The notes: a model not told the origin generated them from the letters alone. A stretch of DNA of 64,000 bases from an uncultured Actinomycetes bacterium (GCA_963742735.1 CAVUMN010000004.1:1056001-1120000), one strand, 5' to 3'. Counted from the first letter of the stretch, positions 20,008 to 28,761 are shown. Numbers and translations are program-made.

Positions 20008-20469
20008 ATGGTCATGAAGGTTCGTGAGCTGGGGAGCTTCATCCGGGAGCAGCGCAGCAGCGCGAGCATCTCGCTGCGCAAGCTCGCCAAGCTGGCGGGC
20101 GTCTCGAACCCCTACCTCTCCCAGATCGAGCGAGGCCTGCGACGGCCCTCCGCGGAGATCCTGCAGTCGATCGCCAAGGCGCTGCAGATCTCGGCGGAGA
20201 CGCTGTACGTGAAGGCCGGGATCCTCGACGAGAAGGTCGGGACCGACCTGCGCCAGGCCGTCATGGCCGACGCCTCGCTCACCAGGAAGCAGAAGGACGT
20301 GTTGCTGTCGGTCTACGAGAGCTTCCGGACGGCCGACCGGAACGCGGAGGTGCTCGCCGAACGGGTCGAGGCCGCCGCGACCGAGACGCCGGTCCGGAGG
20401 AAGAAGACGCCGGCCAACGCCGCGCGGGCGAAGGCTCCCGCCAAGCCCGCGAAGGCGCAAGCCGGCTAG
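20008..20469 (+). CDS. XRE-family HTH transcriptional regulator (Rv0474-like)
   Basis: 'LGSFIREQR..SLRKLA..AGVSNPYLSQIERGLRRPSAEIL..IAKALQISAETLYVKAGIL' plus an Ala/Lys/Pro tail. Confidence 0.92.
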   Translation: MVMKVRELGSFIREQRSSASISLRKLAKLAGVSNPYLSQIERGLRRPSAEILQSIAKALQISAETLYVKAGILDEKVGTDLRQAVMADASLTRKQKDVLLSVYESFRTADRNAEVLAERVEAAATETPVRRKKTPANAARAKAPAKPAKAQAG

Positions 20470-20552
20470 AGCGACGGGGGGTGGAGACCCAGGCTGTTAC
20501 AGCCCTCACCCGGCTCCCCTCCGCCCCCCGTCACCAACCCGAAAGGGAGGAG

Positions 20553-20873
20553 ATGAAGATGGCTGAGCCAAGGAACGCGCTGTACGCGACGATCGGCACC
20601 GGTTCGTTCGCGACCGAGCGCGCGAAGAAGCTGGCCGAGCGCATCCAGGGGTACGCGACCGACTACCGCAAGTGGGTGTCGAGCAACTACCGCGACCTGG
20701 TGCGCCGGGGAGAGCGGATCACCAAGAGCATCCGCACCTCCGCGCCGGTGAAGCGCGCGCAGTCGCAGACGAAGACCGCGCAGCGGCAGGTCAAGGCGGC
20801 GACCACCAGCGTCCGCAAGGCGCTCGGTGCGAACGTCGAGGCCGTGGAGTCCGCCGCGAAGAAGGTCAGCTGA
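20553..20873 (+). CDS. HBHA/TadA-like amphipathic helical protein
   Basis: Strong RBS (AAAGGGAGG). 'NALYATIGTGSFA' and 'YRDLVRRGERI' resemble HBHA family motifs. Lies directly after the Rv0474-like regulator. Confidence 0.6.
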   Translation: MKMAEPRNALYATIGTGSFATERAKKLAERIQGYATDYRKWVSSNYRDLVRRGERITKSIRTSAPVKRAQSQTKTAQRQVKAATTSVRKALGANVEAVESAAKKVS

Positions 20874-20890
20874 CCGATTCGCGTCGAATT

Positions 20891-20924
20891 CGAAGGGGCC
20901 CGCCCGGAAGGGCGGGCCCTTTCG
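20891..20924 (+). terminator. Intrinsic terminator-like hairpin
   Basis: cgaaggggcccgccc-ggaa-gggcgggccctttcg immediately after the HBHA-like gene. Confidence 0.8.
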
Positions 20925-20976
20925 CTTGTCCGAGGGAGGGAAGCATCCGCATCGTTTCGGCGTTCCTGAGGTACAC

Positions 20977-22236
20977 ATGACGCAGATGCGTACCGACCCA
21001 CGCCCGCGCGTGGCCTTCGTGAGCCTGCACACCTCCCCGCTCGACCAGCCCGGCACGGGCGACTCCGGGGGCATGAACGTGTATATCCGCGCGGTGGCGG
21101 AGCAGCTCGCGGGCCGCGACGTGGACGTCGACGTCTTCACCCGGTGCCGCGGCCAGGGCGTGCCCGAGGTCGAGGACATCGCCGACGGGGCCCGCGTCAT
21201 CACCGTCCAGGCCGGCCCGTGTGCGCCCATGGCCAAGGCCGATCTGCCCGAGCTCCTGCCGAACTTCCTGGAGAGCGTGCGCGCCTTTCGCCGGCGCGAC
21301 GGGCTGGCGTACGACATCGTCCACAGCCACTACTGGCTGTCGGGCTGGGTGGGGCAGCGGCTGGTGGACGAGCTCCAGGCGCCGCTGGTCGCCTCGTTCC
21401 ACACCCTGGGCAAGGTGAAGAACTTCACGCGCGTGTCGAACGACCTCCCGGAGCCGGCTCACCGGCTGGACCAGGAGGAGCGGGTGGTCGGCCGCGCGGA
21501 CCGCATCCTGGCGCCGACGCCGGCCGAGGCGGCCCAGCTGGTCGGCCTCTACGGCGCGGATCCCGAGCGCGTCCGGGTGATCCCGCCCGGGGTGGACATG
21601 TCGCTGTTTGCGCCGCGCGATCCCGCCGAGGCCCGGGCCCGGCTGGGGCTGGTGGGCAAGCGCGTCCTGGTGTTCGTCGGACGGCTTCAGCAGCTCAAGG
21701 GGCCGGACGTGGCCATCCGCGCGCTGGCCGAGGCGGTGGCGCGCGACCCGGTCGCGACCCGGGACGTGGTGCTCGCCGTGGTCGGCGGCCCCAGCGGTCC
21801 ACGCGACGGCGCCAGCGAGGTCGAGTCGCTCATGGACCTGGCCACGACGGCCGGCGTGGGCGACCGCGTCCAGTTCTACCCGCCGCAGGCGCACGAGCGG
21901 CTGCCCGACTTCTACTCGGCCGCCGAGGCCGTGCTGGTGCCATCGCGCTCGGAGTCCTTCGGGCTGGTGGCGCTGGAGGCCCAGGCCTGCGGCGCGCCGA
22001 TCGTGGGCGCGTCGGTGGGCGGGCTGCGGCTGGCCGTGGCCGACGGCGAGTCGGGGTTCCTGGTGTGCGGCCACGACCCGGCCGACTACGCCGACCGCAT
22101 CCTGCAGGTGCTCACCGACCCGGGCCTGGCGAGCTCGATGCGGGCCCGCGCGCTGGAGCACGCGCGCCGGTTCTCGTGGGGCGCCACCGCCACCGGCACC
22201 CTCGGGGTGTACCGGGAGCTCGGCGCCGCCGCCTAA
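20977..22236 (+). CDS. mshA: D-inositol-3-phosphate glycosyltransferase (mycothiol biosynthesis)
   Basis: 'SLHTSPLDQPGTGDSGGMNVY', 'HSHYWLSG', 'HTLGKVKN', 'PSRSESFGLVALEAQACG'. Confidence 0.92.
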   Translation: MTQMRTDPRPRVAFVSLHTSPLDQPGTGDSGGMNVYIRAVAEQLAGRDVDVDVFTRCRGQGVPEVEDIADGARVITVQAGPCAPMAKADLPELLPNFLESVRAFRRRDGLAYDIVHSHYWLSGWVGQRLVDELQAPLVASFHTLGKVKNFTRVSNDLPEPAHRLDQEERVVGRADRILAPTPAEAAQLVGLYGADPERVRVIPPGVDMSLFAPRDPAEARARLGLVGKRVLVFVGRLQQLKGPDVAIRALAEAVARDPVATRDVVLAVVGGPSGPRDGASEVESLMDLATTAGVGDRVQFYPPQAHERLPDFYSAAEAVLVPSRSESFGLVALEAQACGAPIVGASVGGLRLAVADGESGFLVCGHDPADYADRILQVLTDPGLASSMRARALEHARRFSWGATATGTLGVYRELGAAA

Positions 22237-22320
22237 CCGAGCAGGTCGCCGAGCAGGAACCGGGGTCCGGGGACGTCGAATTTCCCTAGCATTGGGGCTC
22301 CGCCCCGCCCGTTCCAAACC

Positions 22321-24984
22321 GTGCTGATGACCATGACGACGACGTCTGCCCGCCGCCATCGCGTGGCCGCCATCCTGGTGGCCCTGGCAGTGGCGTTCGG
22401 CGCCGTGGCACTGATCGTCCCCGCCCTCGCCGCCGGCTGCTCGCTGGACCCCAGCCCCTGGCGGAGCATCAACCCCCGCTTCCCGGCCGGCGGCGGCGAG
22501 GTCGCCGCCATCGCGACCCTGCGGTTCACCCCGGCGTACGTCTACGTCTCGAACGGCCCCTCGATCGTTCGGTCCGCCGACGGGGGCTGCACGTTCGCCG
22601 ACGCCCTCACGCTCACGGAGCTGGGCCTGAGTCAGGCGGCCCGCGTCACGCACATGGCCATGTACGCGGGCGACCCGCGGATCGTCTACGCCGTGATCGA
22701 GGAGACGACTCCCACGCACCGGATCCGGATCGCCCGCACGCGCGACGCGGGCGGGGACTGGGTGCTGGACGACGACGGCCTGGAGGCCGCGGTGGGCTCC
22801 CCGCTCGCGTTCGGGGTCGGCACGCGCGACAGCGAGAACAGCCTCTACCTCCTGGTGGGCCCGGCTCGCCTGACGGACGGCGAACCGTCCGTCTCGACCG
22901 GGCCGGTGCTCTACCGGAGCCTCAACCAGAGCGACACGTGGGAGCCGCGGACCGCGCCCGCCGACCTCCTGGGCGTTGGCGGCGCCGGCGAGGGGGATGA
23001 GCTCGACCTGCGAGGCATCGAGCTCGATCCCCGCGAGCCGAACAACGTCTGGCTGTACGGGCCGAGCGGCCTGTTCAAGAGCGAGAACGGCGGGGGGGCG
23101 GTCACGCAGGTCATGACCGAGCCGATCAGCGAGGTGCTCGACATGCGGACGCAGGGCGGGCTGCACTGGGTCCTGGTGTTCCACGCCGAGCGCCGCAGTG
23201 CGTTCCTCTCCCTGGACGGCGGAGGCAGCTTCCGGCCGATCGGCGTGCCGGGTGTAGGGCAGTCCGCGGCGCCGGGACGCGTCGATCTGAAGTCGGGCGA
23301 GTTCGTGATGACCTCGCTCGCCGGCGACGCCTTCCACCGGGTCGAGCTCGACGGGGCCTCCGCCGACCTCTCCCCGGGCGACGGCCGCGCCGTGTACGAC
23401 CTGCAGACCGGGCTCGTCAACAACAGCAACGACCTGGTCGTCTACGGGCGGACGGCGACCTCGCTCGAGCGGATGGTCCTGCCGGGGCCCCCGGTCCTCG
23501 GCGAGAACTCGATCCCGCCTCTGGACCCCGACGACCTCCAGCTCCCCGACGGCCGGACGCTTCGCCGGCCGACCATCGTCCCGCCCGGTGAGCAGGTGAA
23601 GCTCGCCGCCGGCGAACGCCGGACGCTCCCGGTTCGCCTGTTCATGCCGGGGACCCGCCGCGTGGACGTGTTCTTCCTGATCGACGCGTCGGCGAGCATG
23701 GGGCCGGCCATCTCGGGCCTGCGGGGGGCGCTCGCCGAGATCGTCCGGCAGCTGAACGCCGCCGGGATCGACACCTACTTCGGGCTCGCGCTCTACAAGG
23801 GCTATGACCCTCAGGCCGGAGACCCGGCGGACCGGTTCGTGTACCGCCGCATCCGTGACGTGGGCCCGCCCGACCGCGACTTCGTGATCAAGCTGGGCGA
23901 GATCGGCGTGAGCGGCGACGTGAACAACGAGAGCTCGCTGGGCGCGCTGTATCAGCTGGCGACCGGGGCCGGTCAGGACTCTGCGCCGATGTCGATCCCC
24001 GCCGGACAGGGCGCCCACTTCCGGACCGGGGCGCTCCCGGTCGTCGTGCACGCGACGGACGAGGCGTTCTCCCACGCCGCCCCGAACCCCCAGGTCGAGA
24101 CGGTGGCCTCCGCGATGCGGGCGGTGAAGGCGCTGCAGGTGGGCCTCGCCCTGCAGAGGGAGAACCAGGGTCTCATCGACCGCCGCAGCCGGCCCGGCGC
24201 CGATCTGGAGGACATGGCCCGGCGAACCGGAGCGGTCGCGCCGGTGGAGGGGCTGGACTGCGACGGCGACGGGTTCCCGAACCACGGGCCCGGCGAACCG
24301 CTCGTGTGCGCCATCGACCCCGCGCGGTCGAACGACGCGCAGGTGATGGCGCCGGCCATCGTCAACCTGCTGCTCAGCCTGGTGGACCTCGCCGACGTCT
24401 CGCTCGAGGCGAAGAGCGATCCGGGGATCGTTCGCAAGGTGTCCGCGCCCGTCAGAGACGTGCCCCTCAACTACGCCCACCAGCTCGCCTACGCGGTGAC
24501 GGTGGCGTGCCCGCCGTCGGCGGAGGGGGAGTCGCACGAGCTCGAGCTCGAGGCGTTCGCGCGGGGGGCGGCGCTGGCGAGCGGCGCCACCCAGATCGTG
24601 TGCGGCGTTCGGGTGCCGGAGCTCGCGAGGGTGCTGCCGCCGCTGGTGATCAACCCGCCGCCGGCGCCGCAGCCCGTGCAGCAGTCGAACCCGCAGTCCA
24701 ACCCCCAGCCGCAGGGCGCGTTCGCGGCGCAGCGCCAGCAGCAGCATCAGCTCGTATACGGATACGTGAACCCCACCAAGCCGCAGCCCGAGGTGGCTCC
24801 CGCCCGTGAGGAGAGCTACGAGATGCGCCGCGTACGGGAGGAGTTCACCGGCGTCCCGCCGGCGGCGACGTTCCTGACCGGCGCCGCGCTGGCCATGGGC
24901 TTCGCCCTGGCCTCGCGCCGCCGAGCTTCGCCCGCCCTGGCCCGGGCCCGCGTGACGAGACCCCCGAGGAGGAGGACCTGGTGA
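22321..24984 (+). CDS. Secreted BNR/beta-propeller + vWA domain surface protein with Q/P-rich linker and C-terminal TM anchor
   Basis: Signal peptide; Asp-box-like 'RSADGGCTF', 'KSENGG', 'LSLDGGGSF'; MIDAS 'FLIDASASM' and 'VHATDE'; C-terminal TM followed by an Arg-rich tail. Start may be ATG 22327 or 22333. Confidence 0.8.
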   Translation: MLMTMTTTSARRHRVAAILVALAVAFGAVALIVPALAAGCSLDPSPWRSINPRFPAGGGEVAAIATLRFTPAYVYVSNGPSIVRSADGGCTFADALTLTELGLSQAARVTHMAMYAGDPRIVYAVIEETTPTHRIRIARTRDAGGDWVLDDDGLEAAVGSPLAFGVGTRDSENSLYLLVGPARLTDGEPSVSTGPVLYRSLNQSDTWEPRTAPADLLGVGGAGEGDELDLRGIELDPREPNNVWLYGPSGLFKSENGGGAVTQVMTEPISEVLDMRTQGGLHWVLVFHAERRSAFLSLDGGGSFRPIGVPGVGQSAAPGRVDLKSGEFVMTSLAGDAFHRVELDGASADLSPGDGRAVYDLQTGLVNNSNDLVVYGRTATSLERMVLPGPPVLGENSIPPLDPDDLQLPDGRTLRRPTIVPPGEQVKLAAGERRTLPVRLFMPGTRRVDVFFLIDASASMGPAISGLRGALAEIVRQLNAAGIDTYFGLALYKGYDPQAGDPADRFVYRRIRDVGPPDRDFVIKLGEIGVSGDVNNESSLGALYQLATGAGQDSAPMSIPAGQGAHFRTGALPVVVHATDEAFSHAAPNPQVETVASAMRAVKALQVGLALQRENQGLIDRRSRPGADLEDMARRTGAVAPVEGLDCDGDGFPNHGPGEPLVCAIDPARSNDAQVMAPAIVNLLLSLVDLADVSLEAKSDPGIVRKVSAPVRDVPLNYAHQLAYAVTVACPPSAEGESHELELEAFARGAALASGATQIVCGVRVPELARVLPPLVINPPPAPQPVQQSNPQSNPQPQGAFAAQRQQQHQLVYGYVNPTKPQPEVAPAREESYEMRRVREEFTGVPPAATFLTGAALAMGFALASRRRASPALARARVTRPPRRRTW

Positions 24985-27080
24985 GCACCCCGGAGACGAC
25001 GACCGACCTGGGAGACGCCCCCTTCCGCAGGCGCTACGACGCGTGGCGGCTCCGGCGGCGCCGCTCGCGCCAGGCCCGCCGCCCCAGCCCCGGCCGCCGC
25101 ATGACGATCGGGCTGATCGCGGTCGTGATCGTGCTCCTCGGCGCGTTCGGATGGTCCGTCTCGTACCTCACGCCCCGGACCGAGGGCACCCAGCTCTCCC
25201 TGGACGAGCTCGAGGCCCTTTCCGCGGAGCTCCGCGTGGAGACCGCGACCTTCCAGGACGAGGACAACCGCCTGGTCGGCGAGTTCTCGGCGCCGATCCC
25301 ACCCGCCCCCAGGCCCAGGCCGAGGGCCACCGCCTCGCCGAGCCCGTCGCCCGAGCCGGCGGTCGAGACCCCCGTCGGGTCCGGCGCGTACTGGGTGGCC
25401 TACCCGAAGGGCGGCGCGGCGTTCGCGGCCCTGTTCGACACGCTCACCGCCTCGGGCGCCCGCGTCGACGTCGACCCCCAGGTCTCCAAGACGGTCGTGC
25501 GCACCATCTCCACGTACCTGCTGCCCCTGCTCATCCTGGCCAGCGTGTTCGGCCTGCTGTTCGCCACCGGCCGGTCGGGCGGATCCGGCATCGGCGAGGT
25601 CATGACGTTCGGCACCATCGGCAAGAAGCGCTACTCGCGGGGCATGACCGCGCCGACCACCTTCGACGACGTGGGCAGCGCCGAGGAGGCGGTGACCGAG
25701 CTCAAGGAGGTCGTCGACTACCTCCAGGACCCGGATCGCTACGAGAAGATCGGCGCGACCCCGCCCAAGGGCGTCCTGCTGTACGGGCCCCCGGGGTGCG
25801 GCAAGACCCTGCTGGCCAAGGCCGTCGCCGGCGAGGCGAACGTGCCGTTCTTCTTCGTGGCCGGCGCGGAGTTCGTGGAGTCGCTGGTCGGCGTGGGCGC
25901 GGCCCGCGTGCGCGACCTGTTCCAGCGGGTCCGCGCGGTGGCGCCGGCGATCGTGTTCATCGACGAGCTCGACGCGGCCGGGCGCCGGCGCGGCCATGGC
26001 GGCGGCGAGGGCGGGAGCGACGAGCGCGAGCAGACCCTGAACCAGCTCCTGGTGGAGATGGACGGGTTCGAGGTCTCGGCGGGCATCGTGGTCGTCGGCG
26101 CGACGAACCGCCCCGACATCCTGGACCCGGCGCTGCTCCGCCCCGGCCGGTTCGACCGCCACATCACCGTCGAGCAGCCGGACCACGCCGGGCGGGTGGA
26201 GATCCTGAAGCTGCACGCCCGCGGCAAGCCCGTCGACGCCGACGTGGACTACGACTACCTGGCCAAGCGGACCCCCGGGTTCAGCGGCGCCGACCTGGCC
26301 AGCGTCATCAACGAGGGCGCGCTGCTCTCGATCCGCCACGGCCGCAACCACATCGGGACCGAGGACCTCGAGGAGGCCATCCAGCGCGTCCTCCACGGCC
26401 CGAAGCGCCGCGGCCGGCTGCTGACGCCGGAGGAGGAGCGGCGGTCGGCGTACCACGAGGCCGGCCACGCGGTGGTGGCGGCGGCCCTCGGCCGGGCCGA
26501 TCAGGTCCACCGCGTCTCGATCCTCGCCCGCGGCGGCGGCCTGGGGATCACCGCCCTGCAGCGCGACACCAGCGACTCGGTCCTGTTCACCGCGAGCCAG
26601 CTGTACTCGCGGCTGGTCACCGAGGTGGCCGGGCTCGCCGCGGAGTCCCTCGCGTTCGGCGAGATCTCCACCGGCGCCGAGCGCGACCTGGAGCACGCCA
26701 CGGAGATCGCCCGGGACATGGTCGCCCGCTACGGCATGTCGCCGTCCCTGGGACGGCCGCGCCTGATCGCCTCGGACGCGGAGCGGTTCCTGGGAAGCGA
26801 GGGCGCCCTCGGGCAGATCTCGCTGGAGACCGTCCAGGAGCTCGACCGCGAGGTGCGCCGGCTCATGGACCGGGCGGAGTCCGACGCCACGCGGATCCTC
26901 AAGGCGAACCGGCGCATCGTGGACGACCTCGCCCGGAAGCTCGAGAAGGAGGAGTCGCTCGAGGGCCGGCCGCTGGACACGATCCTCGGCAAGGTCCCGA
27001 CCTCGGCCGCCGCGGGCCTGGAGCCCTTCCCCGAGAACGGAACGCGGGTCCGGCGCAGGGCTCCCGCCCCCAAGCACTAG
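24981..27080 (+). CDS. ftsH: ATP-dependent zinc metalloprotease FtsH paralogue
   Basis: Two TM helices, Walker A GPPGCGKT, Walker B 'FIDELD', SRH 'ATNRPDILDPALLRPGRFDR', HEAGH. GTGA overlap with the vWA gene. Confidence 0.92.
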   Translation: MSTPETTTDLGDAPFRRRYDAWRLRRRRSRQARRPSPGRRMTIGLIAVVIVLLGAFGWSVSYLTPRTEGTQLSLDELEALSAELRVETATFQDEDNRLVGEFSAPIPPAPRPRPRATASPSPSPEPAVETPVGSGAYWVAYPKGGAAFAALFDTLTASGARVDVDPQVSKTVVRTISTYLLPLLILASVFGLLFATGRSGGSGIGEVMTFGTIGKKRYSRGMTAPTTFDDVGSAEEAVTELKEVVDYLQDPDRYEKIGATPPKGVLLYGPPGCGKTLLAKAVAGEANVPFFFVAGAEFVESLVGVGAARVRDLFQRVRAVAPAIVFIDELDAAGRRRGHGGGEGGSDEREQTLNQLLVEMDGFEVSAGIVVVGATNRPDILDPALLRPGRFDRHITVEQPDHAGRVEILKLHARGKPVDADVDYDYLAKRTPGFSGADLASVINEGALLSIRHGRNHIGTEDLEEAIQRVLHGPKRRGRLLTPEEERRSAYHEAGHAVVAAALGRADQVHRVSILARGGGLGITALQRDTSDSVLFTASQLYSRLVTEVAGLAAESLAFGEISTGAERDLEHATEIARDMVARYGMSPSLGRPRLIASDAERFLGSEGALGQISLETVQELDREVRRLMDRAESDATRILKANRRIVDDLARKLEKEESLEGRPLDTILGKVPTSAAAGLEPFPENGTRVRRRAPAPKH

Positions 27081-27086
27081 CCGGGC

Positions 27087-27641
27087 TCAGGCCTCGTTCG
27101 GGTCGGGCACGATGGGGGCTTCGAAGGTCCCCCGGATCGAGCCGCTGGAGTCGTGCACGTCGATGGCGCCACAGACCCGCTCCTCGTCCGCGACCGAGAT
27201 CGTCATCTCCGAGCCCTCACCGCCGATCGTGGTGGGGAGGTAGCTGGAGTCCGCCGTCCGCGCGCCGGGGGAGAAGATCGTGTTCTCCCCGGTCACGTAG
27301 GGGTAGGTGCCCGGCGTGGGCAGCTCCTTGTCCATCCGGAACCAGTCGATCTCGATCACGTGGTTCCCCTCGGGGACCTCGTAGAACGACGTGTCGCCGG
27401 GCTCGAGGTCGTAGTCGGCGAAGAAGAGCTGGTAGTGGTCGCCGTACAGGGAGTCGTCCTCGACGACGAACACGAACGAGGTCGAGGGCTCCAGGGAGAA
27501 CTCCGGCATGCTCGAACCGACCGCCGTGAACGAGGTCGTCGCGGGACAGCTGCCCTGCGCGGGAGCCTCGACGGAGGGCGCGTCGTCGCCGCAGGCAACG
27601 AGGCCGAGGACCAGGATCAGCGGGGCGAGGCGGGAGAGCAC
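27087..27641 (-). CDS. Hypothetical lipoprotein
   Basis: GTG start 'MLSRLAPLILVLGLVACG' (lipobox LVAC), acidic beta-rich body. Confidence 0.75.
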   Translation of the reverse strand: MLSRLAPLILVLGLVACGDDAPSVEAPAQGSCPATTSFTAVGSSMPEFSLEPSTSFVFVVEDDSLYGDHYQLFFADYDLEPGDTSFYEVPEGNHVIEIDWFRMDKELPTPGTYPYVTGENTIFSPGARTADSSYLPTTIGGEGSEMTISVADEERVCGAIDVHDSSGSIRGTFEAPIVPDPNEA

Positions 27642-27757
27642 GGCGGCAAGGATACGAGCGGAAGGGTCCCGCGCCCGGAGTTCGCCAAACTTTCTCCGAA
27701 CGACTTTGCGGGGCATCTGACCTGCGACGACGCGACGCCACCAGGGGTTTTGTCTCC

Positions 27758-27786
27758 TTGACCCTGAACGGGCCCGCCAGTACATT
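27758..27786 (+). promoter_or_regulatory. Sigma70/SigA-type promoter driving the ncRNA candidate
   Basis: -35 TTGACC (27758-27763), 17-nt spacer, -10 TACATT (27781-27786). Predicted +1 near G27794. Confidence 0.75.
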
Positions 27787-27793
27787 CCGCCTC

Positions 27794-28099
27794 GCTCCGA
27801 GGTGCTGGAGCGGTCGAATCAGGGAACCGAATGGGACCCCCTGGGAAAGCCGTAAGGCCGACTAGGCGCACCTGCTCGTACGGTTGGGAAGGCCAACTAG
27901 CTGTGCGGGTGGGGAGGCTTGGAAGGCCCCAAAGCCCAACGAAAGGGGTCATCATAAGGAAACCGAGACGGCGGCTAAGGTACCTCGGAGCACCTGACCC
28001 GAGGGGCTGACGGTGGCCGCGAGGTCGGTGGAAGGGGGGCTTGCTCCCCGGAAGCGGAGTCTCTGCGGCGAGCCGAAGGTCCCTCGGGTCTTTAACTTT
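27794..28099 (+). ncRNA. Large structured non-coding RNA candidate (~300 nt; possibly 6S/Ms1-like, family not recognised)
   Basis: Own promoter. Closing stem GCTCCGAGGTGC/GTACCTCGGAGC; second domain closed by GACCCGAGGGGC/GTCCCTCGGGTC; GNRA and CUUG tetraloop hairpins; U-rich end TTTAACTTT; no credible ORF. Confidence 0.72.
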
Positions 28100-28173
28100 C
28101 CCGCCTCCATCCGGTCGCCCGGGTGAGGGGCCCCGGGGGGTGGCGCCTGCGGTGGATCGGAGTGTCTCCTCGG

Positions 28174-28345
28174 GCCAACTCACCGAATATCGCGGCACCG
28201 CTATGTCTCCCAGAGGCTGGCGCCGCACACAAAGGGACGTTCCTGGAGTCTGAGCGGAACCGAGACGGACGCCGGGCGGCCGCGAGTCGAGCCGAACCGG
28301 CCGACGCAGCGAATATAGCGGGCTCGCGATATTCCGTGAGTGGGC
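28174..28345. repeat. REPIN/MITE-like element: 33-bp imperfect inverted repeats, copy 1
   Basis: gccaactcaccgaatatcgcggcaccgctatgt (28174-28206) and atatagcgggctcgcgatattccgtgagtgggc (28313-28345) match 27/33 as inverted repeats; 106-bp spacer. Confidence 0.75.
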
Positions 28346-28409
28346 GTTCGACAGAGCCTCGGTGTCGCTCTGGTTCTGCCTGACCCGCTTCAGCTCCTAC
28401 CAGTCAGGC

Positions 28410-28706
28410 TCATTGCTCCCTCAGCCAGCGTTCATAGGTCGGTTTCCGGCGCCATGGCAGCTTCCGCCAGAGCGGCCTTGAAGGCTCAGGCCAGAAGCAG
28501 CCGCCGGTATTACAACGCTCATCCGGGTCGTAGCCGGCATTGACGTGCTCGTATGCGAGGTGGAAGCAGACCCAATGCATCCGTTCGAACGTTTCGTAGT
28601 CCTGGGCGTTCACCCGAACTGGCTCCCCACAGCGAGCGCAGATGCGTGCTCCAGCCACCGCGTGGTCCACAGCGGGAGTCTTACGCACGCCAGGGTTCCA
28701 GTCCAC
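28410..28706 (-). CDS. Hypothetical Cys/His-rich putative metal-binding protein
   Basis: 'CARCG...ERMHWVCFHLAYEH...DPDERCNTGGC'; lower-GC codon usage than neighbours. Confidence 0.6.
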   Translation of the reverse strand: MDWNPGVRKTPAVDHAVAGARICARCGEPVRVNAQDYETFERMHWVCFHLAYEHVNAGYDPDERCNTGGCFWPEPSRPLWRKLPWRRKPTYERWLREQ

Positions 28707-28761
28707 GAGATCGCCCGGAGCGGGTGCAAGAGTCGTACGGCAGGTTCGATACCCTTACGTC

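Noticed and set aside
20866-24747. Very long antisense or alternative-frame ORFs (1293 aa here; also 33619-36858 and 44281-46320)
   Set aside because: Shadow ORFs typical of high-GC DNA: R/P/G/A-rich, no motifs, overlapping well-supported genes.
27794-28099. Assignment as RNase P, tmRNA, SRP, raiA, group II intron or c-di-AMP/glycine/SAM riboswitch
   Set aside because: Signature sequences are absent by eye (no GAGGAAAGTCC, no tRNA-like ends, no CAGG-GNRA-AGCAG, no complete domain V, no downstream regulated gene). Needs cmscan to confirm.
28174-28345. Integron attC sites
   Set aside because: No RYYYAAC/GTTRRRY core ends, no cassette array and no integrase in the window.
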